Part shown: positions 28,201 through 40,923 of the stretch, in pieces | Layout of the letters: every line of letters begins with the position of its first letter | Position numbering within the stretch: position 1 is the stretch's first letter | NCBI GenBank assembly: GCA_964035545.1 | Contig: OZ037771.1 | Coordinates: forward strand, 1,933,628-1,997,627 | Length of the DNA: 64,000 nucleotides | Source of the DNA: Bugula neritina | Taxonomy: Eukaryota > Animalia > Bryozoa | Direction: 5' to 3' | Made by a program: the position numbers and the translations under genes | The notes under the pieces: model-generated | The model's input: only the letters and a program-made list of their open reading frames with translations | What the model was told of the DNA's origin: nothing | The model's database searches: none

Positions 28201-31200
28201 GTTTTATTGATTTACATATTTAAATAAAAATTTAAAAAGAGTTTTATTTTCTTTACTACTACTACTAGTACTGCTGCTGCTACTGCTACTACTACTAAAC
28301 TGGTAACACTCAGTAAGCCTTCATTTTTCGGACAATTTGAAATTGCTGAGTTAATGTGGTGTGTTACTAATCGACCGCCAAATTTTTTAAACTTCAGGGT
28401 AAAGCCTCTGGTCCAACTGACCATGACCTAGATGAGGGGGAGGAGGCTGCAGCACCCAAACCTGTGAAGGGAAGGAGGAAACCAGCCTATGCCGGAGGTC
28501 TCGTCCTGGAACCTAAGAAAGGCGAGTGAATAGTAGGAGTTATCTCCCTGCATCAGCTTCTATTGCTTTGGTTGGCACGACGTCAAAGTGATATTGCCTC
28601 TTTCTGAAAGACATTTTTAGAGTTTTTGTCTTTTACGAGACAAGCTACTAACTGCTGTAGATATTTTCATTCTTCATCATTTCGTGCAGTTTATATGATA
28701 ACCCGTATTCTGTTATGCTTTTTCTGTCAATTTTCAGAAATAATTTTGTTTTTCTATGAAATGGCGTTGCTCTAAATTTATATTGTAGTATCATCTCCTC
28801 TAGCGTGATTCAATGTCTGATATATATTATACCACGTTTCATATTATATTTGTATTTCTATTTAGAGTTATAACTTACTGTTATTATCACTCCAGGTTTC
28901 TACGACACGTTTATACTGATGTTGGACTTCAACAGCCTCTACCCCTCCATCATACAGGAATATAATGTGTGTTTCACCACCGTGAATCGTTCTCTCAATG
29001 TCACATCAGATGATGACGAAGAATTCACAATCCCCGGTAAGTCGTCCCCCCTGATATGTTGAGAGATACCCTGAACTATACATAGTTGTAGAAAAATTGT
29101 ATAGTAATCCAATTTTCTTCCAAGCTCTATATTTTTGTATTTTATCTAGCATTTGGAAATGTTTTTCAAATTATTGTAAGTCATTAGTTACCTGCATTAT
29201 ATTTTACACATTGTATATTTTTCGTCATTAGGATGAGGTCTGTTGCAGTATATTCAGCCTGTGATTTTCCAATTATTTTTAGCCTGTGGTTCTCTATAAA
29301 CTACACTTGACCTCTGCTTTCACTTTTAAAAATCTTTAAATGTTTTTATTTGTCTGAGACTAATGGACTTAGCATTGTATATTCATCCACAACTATTTAC
29401 TAAGGGTGTAAGGTTTGCAATAGCACTACTTATGTAACTCATAAACAATGTCATCCCTTTCCAAGTGTTGATTAGCATGGTGTGTTTACCTTTGCGGCAC
29501 CTTGGTTACTGTACAGATATACCCGACTCGAGTCTGGAACCTGGCATTCTGCCAGTGGAGATCAGGAAGTTGGTGCAGAGTAGGAGGCAAGTGAAGGCGC
29601 TTATGAAAGAGAGAGGCATAACCAAGGAGCAGTACATGCAGTATGACATCAGACAGAAGGCCCTGAAACTTACCGCCAACAGTATGTACGGCTGTCTGGG
29701 CTTCACTTACTCTCGGTTCTACGCCAAACCTCTGGCGGCTCTCATCACGGCCAAAGGGAGAGAGGTGAGTGGACAGCCAATCATATCTGACATTTAGTGC
29801 GGTAGAAGTGAGGCTATGTCAAGGAAATCGGCTAAATAGTACTCGTAGTTCCGGGGGGGGGGGGTGTAATCAGCGTTCAATTGGTGAAAGTTTTCTGCAT
29901 CTTTTGTGGCTTGTGAGTAAATAATCAATTCTATGTGACAGAGTATTATATGTAGAATGTAAAGTACAGAAAGTGACTTGATAAAATGATTTGTAATTAA
30001 GAAACATTTTTGAGATTTTGTAACAGTAGTCGTGGGTGTTATCTCAGCTGCTTTACTGTAGTGTCTCAAGTTTATGTTGTGATGCGTTTCCTGGCAGATC
30101 CTTCAAAAGACGAAAGACTTAGTGGAGAAGATGGGACTAGATGTGATATATGGCGACACAGACTCCATCATGATCAACACCAACTCCAGGAATTTTGAAG
30201 ACGTATACAAGCTCGGTAATAAAGTAAGTTATACTTACCTCGCTATTTTATATGTACACTTGTCGACATAGTTCTTTAAAATTATTTTTAAAGTAAGTTC
30301 TATTTCTATGAATTTGTCGTTGACCCAGTCTTTAGTTACCTTTAGTGTTGGTCCTAGAAAATATTTTAATGGAGTATAATCTGTTCAATTTGTTTTTCCT
30401 CCAATCTTATTTTTCTATCTAAAGCAGCTGCTGCATATAAGATGTAGAATACTATAGTGAATGCCTATTAAATGTTGCAGTGTTGTCTTCTCTTGTTTAT
30501 TGATCAAGAAGGTTTTGTTAAAAGTTGCTCTTTTGAAAGGCAACAAAATGTAATTTAAATTATCTGATGCGGCATTCCCTGTTTGTGCACCAAATGTTTA
30601 CTCTTACTAACTTTACTGATATTACTCCCTTCCATATTGTTTGTAATGTTGAAAGGCTCCCCTGCCGTTGCGTCTAGCTTATACCAAAAGCTGTGGCTGA
30701 TGGAAAAACTGCTGGTATATCTTCCCATTCCAGTCATGTATACTCAATTTTAGGTGAAAGCCGAAGTGAACAAAGCATACAGGCTGCTAGAAATAGACAT
30801 TGACGGGGTGTACAAGTCTATGCTGCTGTTGAAAAAGAAGAAATATGCTGCCTTGAACGTCACCAAAGGCGCTGACGGGCAGTGCATCACAAACCAAGAG
30901 TTGAAAGGACTGGACATTGTTAGAAGGTGTCGTATTCCATTCCTTTTTTCCTTTAATACAGATCAGTGTTATTCTGTAGAGCTCAGTTTATTCTGTAGAG
31001 CTCAGTGTTGTTCTGTAGAGCTCAGTGTTGTTCTGTAGAGCTCAGTGTTATTCTGTAGAGCTCAGTGTTATTCTGTAGAACTTAGTGTAATTCTGTAGAA
31101 CTCTGTGTTATTCTGTAGAGACTGGTGTGAACTCTCCAAGCAGACTGGTCTGTATGTGGTCAACGAGATCCTGTCCGGTGAATCGAAGGAAACAATACTT

Positions 31201-34200
31201 GAGAATATTCACGCTAAACTGAGAGAGGTCAAGGACGCTGTTCATAACGGTGACATTCCGCTTGACCTCTACCACATTACTAAGGTGAGCAGTTGTTCAC
31301 GGAGGACTTCTACCACACTCACCTCTACCGCACTCACCTCTACTACACTCACCTCTACCACACTCACCTCTACTACACTCACCTCTACTACACTCACCTC
31401 TACCACACTCACCTCTACCACACTCACCTCTACTACACTCACCTCTACCACACTCACCTCTACCACACTCACCTCTACCACACTCACCTCTACCACACTC
31501 ACCTCTACCACACTCACCTCTACTACACTCACCTCTACCACACTCACCTCTACCACACTCACCTCTACTACACTCACCTCTACTACACTCACCTCTACCA
31601 CACTCACCTCTACCACACTCACCTCTACCACACTCACCTCTACTACACTCACCTCTACTACACTCACCTCTACCACACTCACCTCTACCACACTCACCTC
31701 TACCACACTCACCTCTACCACACTCACCTCTACTACACTCACCTCTACCACACTCACCTCTACTACACTCACCTTTACTACACTCACCTCTACCACACTC
31801 ACCTCTACCACACTCACCTCTACTACACTCACCTCTACTACACTCACCTCTACCACACTCACCTCTACCACACTCACCTTTACTACACTCACCTCTACCA
31901 CACTCACCTCTACTACACTCACCTTTACTACACTCACCTCTACCACACTCACCTCTATCACACTGTATTTTGCAGCAACTAACCAAGTCCCCGGAGGCCT
32001 ACCCCGACAAGAAGAGTTTACCTCACGTACAAGTAGCCTTGAGGTTGAATGCTAGCGCGGCTAAGAAACTGCGGGCTGGAGATACAGTATATTACATCAT
32101 ATGTCAGGTAAGGTGGTGTGGGATACAGCGTATCATATGTTAGGTGGGATTCAGGTGAGATGTGGTGAAATATGCTATACCGGTGAAATATGGTGTCATA
32201 CAGGTGTGATACATTGTTATACAAGTGGGATATGTTGTGTCATACAGGTGGGATATGTTGTGTCATACAAGTGGGATATGTTGTGTCATACAGGTGGGAT
32301 ATGTTGTGTCATACAGGTGGGATATGTTGTGTTATACAGGATGGCACGAATCTAGCTCCAAGTCAAAGAGCCTACCACCCGGATGAACTGTCTCGCAATA
32401 AGCAACTGAAAGTTGACACAGAATACTACCTCGCCCATCAGATACATCCTGTCGTGTCAAGGTTGTGTGACCCGATAGAAGGCACAGACTCCGCCCTCAT
32501 TGCTGAGATGTTAGGTACAGTAGGCTACAGCTTCTCTAAACAGCATGTAGTGGTGTTTCTATTAGAGTTGAAGACTTGAGATACTGTCTGGGGGGAATCT
32601 TGTTTGTTTCATTTGTTACCATCTGCGGGCTTTGAAAACTTGCAGCTATAGAGTGTGAAAAGTGGCTGTGGTAAAGAAGTCTTATTGGTCAATTCAAAGC
32701 ACATAATCGTAATACGGTGTTCGTGTATATGACATATGAGTCAGATAGCTTGTGACAATGTGTGGCATAATGCATATTCTAGTAAGAGAGGGCAACTCTC
32801 AGTGTCACTTTGCATCCACCGCCTCACTTTCAAGGCCTGTGCAGGCAGTTGAAATGTTGAGTCTATTTTCTGAAATCCTCTGAAAGTAAGTCAGTTTTCT
32901 CAACAGTATAGGAGTTGCCTTCCCTGAACATATTTTCACTCGACATTACTGTGAGTTTGTGTTTTGAATGCAGCAACCCTTCATAGCATTTTAATACCTG
33001 TCAGATGTGTAAATTAATACCATTTTCGACCTGGGTGATTTCTAAGTAATAGTAAAGGTATGTAGCAACTAGCAGCAACAGCATAATGTTATTATATATT
33101 TATATACCTTGAGTGATTGTGATACTAAGCCATTTCCAATTTTTCCAGACAGGATCAACATCCAATCTATTTGAGCAGCTGTTGAAATATCAAACATGTT
33201 TTATTTATGCATTTCACTCTTTCTATCACTTGGCTAAATATTCCCAGCAAATATATAAAATTAGCTTTTGTTCTCTGCTAATATTTGCAAACTGTCATAG
33301 GCCTAGATTCCGCGCGCTACCAACACAAAGTGAGCGTAGACGATGAGGCGGAGGAAACTTATGCTAGACTAGTTTCCGACGAGGAGAAGTATAGACTGTG
33401 TTCCCGGCTTGACATTGTCTGCCAGTACAAAGACTGTGGTCAGAAGAATTTCATAGACTCTCCCATACGTCAGGAACAGGTATCCTCCCCCTCCGTCTTT
33501 TCTCTTCTTCTTGCTCTGTTACTGTGGCTATATTGTAATGTAATGTTCTCTCAGTAAGAATTATGGTGGGAGATAAAGTTGTTGCTAGAACATTCTTTGA
33601 GAAACTCAACCTCTGCAAAGTGCAATGCAAATTATTTTGGGGTTTGAATAAATTATTGATAACATCAAAACAGTGCTGCTTCCAACACCACATTTGAAAT
33701 AATTTGTTTAGACTATCATAGTTTTCTGGGGGAAATGTGTTTGTATGGAATGGTATTCTGTATTTATACTAACAACTAAAAGCTTGGCTTCTGAAGCCTT
33801 GTTCTGAGATTCAACTCTTTCCTTATCCATCTCATCCGTCATTTGTTGGACATGTGCTTCCTACAGTGTACAATTATTTGATGATTCAATTGCTTGAAGT
33901 TACCTATTTATATATTTTATGAAACACGATACAAGTGAAGCTTGTTTTAAAAACTCGAGAGAAGTTTGCATTTGAAGTGCATAAAACCGGGTTTAGTTTT
34001 TAAAATCTGACGTAGAAATTTATTTATTTTGCGTGTAAAGGGGAAAGCGTTCACATCGTCATGGGCGTACTGTTCCTTGGTGTCAGCTGACGGCTCCAAA
34101 CACCTGCTACACTTGTCACCTGCCACTAAAGACAATGTCACTGACGCCAATATCAACATTCTGAAGAACAAGATATCCTTGGCCATCAGATCACACATCA

Positions 34201-36377
34201 ACAAATATTACCAGGTGTGTTATCTCCCTTGATTTCTTAGGTAGCTTACATCATTCATGCAATAGACAGTATGACCTTTTCAAGCTGTGAATTCAATATA
34301 TCATAATGATAATATAATTGGTTCTGCACATATTTTTATGGGATGAGCTTTGATTTTCATTGGCTATAAGCTAAATGATTAGCCAATTACACGCAGCCTA
34401 TGAAAGAAACAGACACTTGACCTTTCTGTAACCCTAGACTCTACTTCCTCCACTGCTTGTGTTCTTCCTATCAGGGAATGTAACGAGGAAACAGCTGGTT
34501 ATGTAAACATGACTCTTGAATTCATTGGTGGGGAATACCGTGTTGCATCATTCTACAGTCGCACTCAAAGTTGTCTGCTGCAACTCCACATCTCCATGTT
34601 ACATCATCTCTCCTTTCCAACCCTGTAATATTATTTTGTTCACAGCGTGTGGCCATTTCCAGATGTTCAATGCAGTTGATTACAAGTTGACTTTGTGTTG
34701 CGGAGAAATTCACTTTGTATCATTACTGTGCAATAGCACTTCATTTACACTTCACGCTGAATATTGGGAATTTATATTTGTGCAATGTAGAGCATTTTAT
34801 GCATATCAGTGGCTTGCTTTTAGTAAAATTATTTAATATGGTTTGTATTTTTAAAATAGAAGTCATTTTTCTAGAAGTTTATTGAAAGTTTGTGTTTGTC
34901 TGTAGGGTTGGTTGAAATGTGAAGACTCAGCCTGTGGTCACAGGACTCGGAGGGTCCCGCTTCAACTCTACAGAGGCCGGCCTGTCTGTCCTGCATGCAC
35001 TAAGGCTGCTCTGGTGCAGGAGGTAACATTCTACTTGTTGGGTTTCACTCCATTCCCCCCACTTGTCTCGTGTAATGAAAAGGTTATGGAAAACTAGTAG
35101 GCTAGTCTAGTTGGATATGTCTACATATACTAACATCTGTGTTTTTGACCAATCAGTGAAGTGGATAAAAATAGAAATTCTGTGATGCATTATTTAATCA
35201 TAGTGATGTAACCCTGGAGATAAATAACTCATTATTATCAGAGTATCTGAAGGGAAGTTATTCACTCCCTGCTTTTCATCACACACCCTGTTTGCCTGCT
35301 TCACCCCAGTCAGTCTGCTGTGTGAATCACATACTCTCTCTCTTTATAGCGAAGAGTGATAGAATACAAATAATATATACTAGTAATACGTGTAATATAT
35401 ACTAGTAATATGTGTAATATATGCTAGTAATATATGTAACGTATACTAGTAATACGTGTAATATATACTAGTAATACGTGTAATATATACTAGTAATACG
35501 TGTAATATATACTAGTAATACGTGTAATATATACTAGTAATATGTGTAATATATGCTAGTAATACGCGTAATATATGCTAGTAATACGTGTAATATATGC
35601 TAGTAATACGTGTAATATATGCTAGTAATACGTGTAATATATGCTAGTAATACGTGTAATATATGCCAGTAATACGTGTAATATATACTCATTCAGAAGC
35701 TGTTGTATGTTTGCAGTTCACAGAGTCGATGCTCTACGACCAGCTCTGCTTCTACAAGTACATATTTGACCTCTCCAGGAGACCCAAGTCAGGTGAGATC
35801 TGTTAGCAGATTGGCTAGACATCATTGCTGAAAGGATGTTGCAAGTAGCGGACAACTCTAGCTTAAATAGGAATAATGGTGTATTGTGATGTAATATACT
35901 GGGTAGATATGCAGTGAAAAATATGTGATGAAGGTTTTTTTAACAATTTTAAACCTCCCAAATCTCTACATTTATGCTAAATAAAGTTGTAGTACACTGT
36001 CCCATTAAACAGGTATTCTTTGTCTGTTTGGATAAATTCTATTTCTTGTGTGCGCATTTTCACTGGATTTGTAGCATTATTTTGTTGATAGCGCAAAGTT
36101 TAAGGACAAGTATGTAAGATAAATTCAACGTTGATTGTTGAGATTAAGATGTTTGAGTTGTCCCCCCACTACTGAATATTAGTTATTGATCTCTATTCGT
36201 TCTTCTGCAGACAAACACTGGAGTCGAGACTTGGACGTTGAAAGACTACATGACAAGATGACTGAGTTTATGAACACAAAGTTAGAGAGCAGTGCATACG
36301 GTCACATTGATCTCCACAAACTCTTTTCTAAGATTGTACTCCCGGGAACTGTGTTGTCCACAGCGACCAGAGGTTGA
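19224..36377 (+). CDS. POLA1: DNA polymerase alpha catalytic subunit, roughly 30 exons
   Basis: N-terminal [14 protein letters not shown]; [11 protein letters not shown]; [20 protein letters not shown]; [19 protein letters not shown]. Polymerase motifs [44 protein letters not shown]; [15 protein letters not shown]; C-terminal CEDSAC..CPAC metal site. ATG 19224, TGA 36377. Confidence 0.97.
24367..24628. repeat. 30-bp minisatellite (TCCTCTTCACTCTAGATCTTAGCCTGTGTT) x~9, starting 7 nt after a POLA1 donor
   Basis: Directly visible; donor GTGAGT at 24360. Confidence 0.95.
25015..25069. repeat. Perfect 21-bp inverted repeat with 13-nt spacer, intronic
   Basis: TATAACCCTTACTTGTATATA ... TATATACAAGTAAGGGTTATA. 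Confidence 0.85.
25410..25650. repeat. Degenerate (CA)n microsatellite
   Basis: Directly visible. Confidence 0.9.
30963..31119. repeat. 20-bp minisatellite (CTCAGTGTTATTCTGTAGAG) x8; last unit supplies the POLA1 acceptor
   Basis: TTCTGTAG|A occurs 8 times; only the last (AG 31117-31118) restores IVRR-DWC. Confidence 0.95.
31308..31963. repeat. 15-bp minisatellite (CTCTACYACACTCAC) x~44, filling POLA1 intron 31285-31975
   Basis: Directly visible; it generates the spurious TSTTL/HTHLY/VEVSV/RGECG ORFs. Confidence 0.97.
32188..32340. repeat. 23-bp minisatellite (GTGGGATATGTTGTGTCATACAG) x~6-7; last unit supplies the POLA1 acceptor
   Basis: Directly visible; acceptor TACAG ends at 32339, exon reads [14 protein letters not shown]. 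Confidence 0.93.
35371..35689. repeat. 22-bp minisatellite (TAATATATRCTAGTAATACGTG) x~14
   Basis: Directly visible; ends about 27 nt before the acceptor at 35716. Confidence 0.95.
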
Positions 36378-37088
36378 GCTATTTCATTGCGCTGCTGTTA
36401 TCCTTGCTTGTATGTACTTTTTATTTGTTTATACTTGTGATATTATGTTTGTATTTATTTTAATCAAATATATGACATTATTTTATTACTACTGCATGTT
36501 ATATCAATTTACTCTCCTCCTCTCCCTGTAGATATGTGATGGACATGTTTTCAGCCCGCAGTAAATAGTTGCTGGACAAACTTGATATATTAGTCAATCA
36601 GCTACTACAGACTGCACGCTTGTTCATACAAGTTCAGAAAATTATTCTGTTAGCCAGAAAATAGGCATACTCAAAGAAATTTAGCTCTAAACTTCAAGGA
36701 TTTTTGTTTTATTGTGCTTTTGTTGATTGCTCAGGTCTTGTGACTTTCATATTTTTGGGAAACCCAACTAGTTACGTAATAGTATAGTAATTTATAGTTT
36801 TGTATTATAAACAATATGTAATAACAGTAATAATCATGTGAGGTAACCTTGTCTTTTTCATCAACTATAAATAGAATAACATGTTTCCATTTGTGACAAA
36901 GCCTACTAACATTTGTTATCCGTGCGCCCAAACTAAATAGGCACATCCTATTGGCTATTTGTTGATTGTATTACAAATCAGACCCTATTTAAGTGGCTGC
37001 TACTGCTGGATAGGCAATTAGTGGTTTGTGAACCCTGTGCATTCAAATCTCACTGTTCAAAACAACACAAGAGTATTCAGTCTTGAGC

Positions 37089-40000
37089 ATGGAGAAAGAA
37101 CGCACTTGCCAAAAGTGTAGTGACAACTCTAAACAAACATTATCATGGGTGTTGAGGATTTCTTGTATTACAACCATACTTGGTTGCCTTGCCTGGTATG
37201 GCGTGGAAATATACCTCATGCAACAAAGACTTGAGTCTCTGACAATAACCCTTCACAGACTGCAAGACTCGGGAGGCATCCAGGTGGCACCAATCAATGA
37301 CTCACCGGTGAGTGAAGACATAATATTATTTTGTGAAACTTAAGTTTTTGCTGCACTGAAACTTCACACCAGAATATCTTAATATCAAATGAAAAGGTTC
37401 AGGTTTCTTGAGCTATGAATTCTAGTTGAGTAAATACAATTGTTAGGGGTGATTATATACCTGTCCTTTATGCTATAATATTTGCTTTATAGAATATAGC
37501 CTAGGGTTCAAGCAACCACAATTGATGTTAAATAAAATGTATTTGGGTCATTTTACTTATTTTAGTACGCACTGGAAATCTCCAGTTTTTAGCTATTTTT
37601 CACAAATTAGCTGCTAATGAACAAGGGCTTTTGCCTAAAAGTAGTAAAATATGAATGGATACACCGAAATAATCAAGGTTCTTCTTAATTTTGCTTGATT
37701 TCCCATGTTTTTTCTTAATTATTTAGCAGCTTTTGATTGCAGAGTGTTATGAAAAAACATAACTTTCCGAAATCAGAAGTGGCTGAACAATTAGAAAAAA
37801 ACATGGGAAATCAAGCAAAATTAAAAAAACTCAATTATTTAGGTGTGTTCATTCATATTTTACTAGTTTTAGGCAAAAAACCCATGTTCATTAGCAGCTA
37901 AATTGTAAAAAATAGCTAAAAACTGGAGATTTCCAGTGTGTACTAAATCAAGTAAAATGACCCACTTTCATTTGAACTCCCAGATTGACATGATGAAAGT
38001 AGTCATAGAGTTATTTGGGGGGAAGATCTCCCATATCACCAGTTTAATCACCATCTTGCTATGTAACAGGCGTTTGTTTATCAGTTTTGAGGAGTTTAAT
38101 GTAGCCCACTACAAATTCAACGTGTGCTCAATCAATACAAATTCTCCATTTCTCTTTTCTTTTTACCTGTTTTTACAACAAGATGCTATAACTACCCAAA
38201 GTAAGAAATGGGTGGTCAAATTTCACTTGAAACTGCCTTCAAGTGCGATATGTTTGGTGACTTGGCTATGTGCCAAACTGACTGCTATTGCATAACTTTA
38301 TCAGCATGCCTTGTGTTATACTCATCCTTAGCCTTGGGTCAATGACTTGTTTACAGTTCTAATAGCTGAGCAACTGGAGTTCAACAAGGAAAGCCATTCT
38401 ATTGTACATTCACTGTGTTGAGAAATAAATAGCTATTATATGCCTCTTGCCAACATTCTTGTATAAATCTTTCTAAAAGCAGCGCAGAGTTGGGGGTAAC
38501 TGAATGCAGTAGTTCGAGGTTTTTGAGTTTGCAGTTTAGGTTGGAAGGTTGCACTTAGTCACCCCCAACCTGAGGCTGCTTATAGATGGTTTCTTCTCTT
38601 GCGCTATCTGAGGGAATTTCTCACTATTTTACAGAAGTCATTGATGGAGGTGCTGAAAAGATCTGTACGGAGTCAGTCTAGCAAAAAGAGACGCAATTCG
38701 GGAAATCGAAGAAACTCATTCCGATCTTTGAGTGAAGACATTCTCTCCACGCAGACGTAAGATTTGTAGCTCTATCTTTGCTCAGTTAATAGCGAGACAG
38801 CTGGGAGAAATGCACACTCTCACATGTTCTAGAATATTCTAGTGTGTTCTAGAATAGTGGATGAAATTCTGTCTGTCTCCTGTCCACATGTCACAATACA
38901 ATGCTAAATTATCTCATAATTGTGTAATCTGGGGCTGAAAGGATGTGTTCATTCTCTTAGCCTTAGTTTATAGTTTCAAGTACTGTATATTACCTGCTGC
39001 CACCCGTTTACAGGATCTGTAATAACCTTTGCTCCCTGGGCTACAGGCAAAGCAACAGGAAATTCTCTATTATAATCAAATTAAATCTACTTGACTAGCC
39101 TATTACATGCATTGTATAGTGGAGAGTCTTATCTCAATGAATCATCAGATAGAAATCTGCACATACTGGTTTGTTGACAATAAACATATGTTGTCTAGCA
39201 CTGAATAAAAACACTTGAATGTTCTACAATCTATATGATATTTCTGTGTGTTTTAGAAACTCAGCCCTTAGTGGTAGCAGCACTACAACCACTGCTGCTG
39301 CAGCTGCTGCTGCAGCTGCTGCTGCTGCTGCCACTGTGATAAACAGCACAGTAACACCCCCTGGGGTCTTGTTCAGTTCTCTATCAGAAACTCAAACAGT
39401 TGCTGACTCGAAGCTGCCACTGACATCTGGTTTCACTACAGACTTCCCATTTCTCGATTTTCTGAAGAAGTCGAAACCTACAGACGAGATCGACTCTCTG
39501 TTTGCAGGTCTCGCGACGGTCCCGTACTCGGATTTGGAAGATCACAGTAGCTCTTTCCTCCCCGACATCAAAACCTTGTCAAAACTTGTCATCGACACGT
39601 CAGGCAGTGCCACAGCAGCTGGTGAGTTCGCTGTCATAAAATATTTCGGTTGTTTACATAGTCATACCATTATTTGAAACCTGGCATAAATATTTTACTC
39701 TTTCGAAATCCATAAATTATTGGCTAATATTTAAATTGAAGAACAAAAATGATAATTTTAATGTTGTAATAGCATTTCTTAGACATTGACTCAATCCTTG
39801 TTTTGAAAGTTTTGTTTTTTGGATCAAAACCAAATATTTTCTTTATGAATGGTTTTATGGCAGCAGCCTATCTCTGAGTAGAAATTGTGCAAAAACATAA
39901 ACTTAGTTTTATCGAGCTATGCGGACAAAATCAAAAATCCGTTATACGTTTAAGTAATGTTGAACTTTTAGGCTATGAGATGAACTTGGGTATACGAGGA

Positions 40001-40726
40001 CAATTTGGAAAATTGACATAAAATACTTGCCAAGCATTTTTCTCTCTTAGATAAGGAATTTACCTTTCTTTAAGGTCAAGTGTACTGCAATAGTTATGGA
40101 GTTATCTTTCCTTTCTGCAAATTCTGCAAAATTGTTTATAGCCAATCAGATTTTTGTTCAAGGGTTGTCTACCCCCTTTTTAAAAAGCAGTTTTATAGCT
40201 AAAAAACCTTCTTTTTTAGTCAAGTTTCTCCTAAAGTGATTGTGGGGTTATTTATCTTGAGCTAGAGTCAAAATAACCACAACTAGTTGTATTGGAAAGT
40301 GTGTTATTCCCCTAGAAAGTGTATTTGACAAAGCAATTTAATAGGTAGCACAACTCCTTTGATCTTGCATATACTATTCACAAAACATTTACAAGAGTTG
40401 TTCTCTCTATATTCTGCCTCGCATCAGTTGCATACCTCACAATGTGGTATTACAGTCAGCCTATCATGAGTCTAACTGACTTTCTTGAAAATTGCTGCTG
40501 GTCAACATCGAATTTAGGGAAAATTCTGCCGCTTTTATATGCCATCAGCTTTTTCTGGTTACCTTCATATACAAAATGGTGTTCATAGTTTTTTGTGTTT
40601 CAGGCTCCACGTTCACCAGATGGGGTTTGCCTTCCTGTCCCCACAATGCACATGCGATATATTCAGGTATGATCATGTTCTTAATGATACTGGTTTAGTA
40701 AATTTATATATACACACACAGCACAC

Positions 40727-40768
<42 letters not shown>

Positions 40769-40806
40769 CACACGCACACACACACATACACACACAGCAC
40801 ACACAC

Positions 40807-40845
<39 letters not shown>

Positions 40846-40887
40846 CACACACACACACACACATACACACACACAGCACACACACAC

Positions 40888-40923
<36 letters not shown>

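Noticed and set aside
31269-32055. Mucin-like / His-rich / RGECG ORFs of 229-316 aa
   Set aside because: Stop-free 15-bp repeat inside a GT-AG POLA1 intron whose removal restores HITK-QLTK
33480-33488. GTATCCTCC donor resembling a U12-type 5' splice site
   Set aside because: Imperfect match to GTATCCTTT, and no TCCTTAAC-type branch site near the acceptor at 34040
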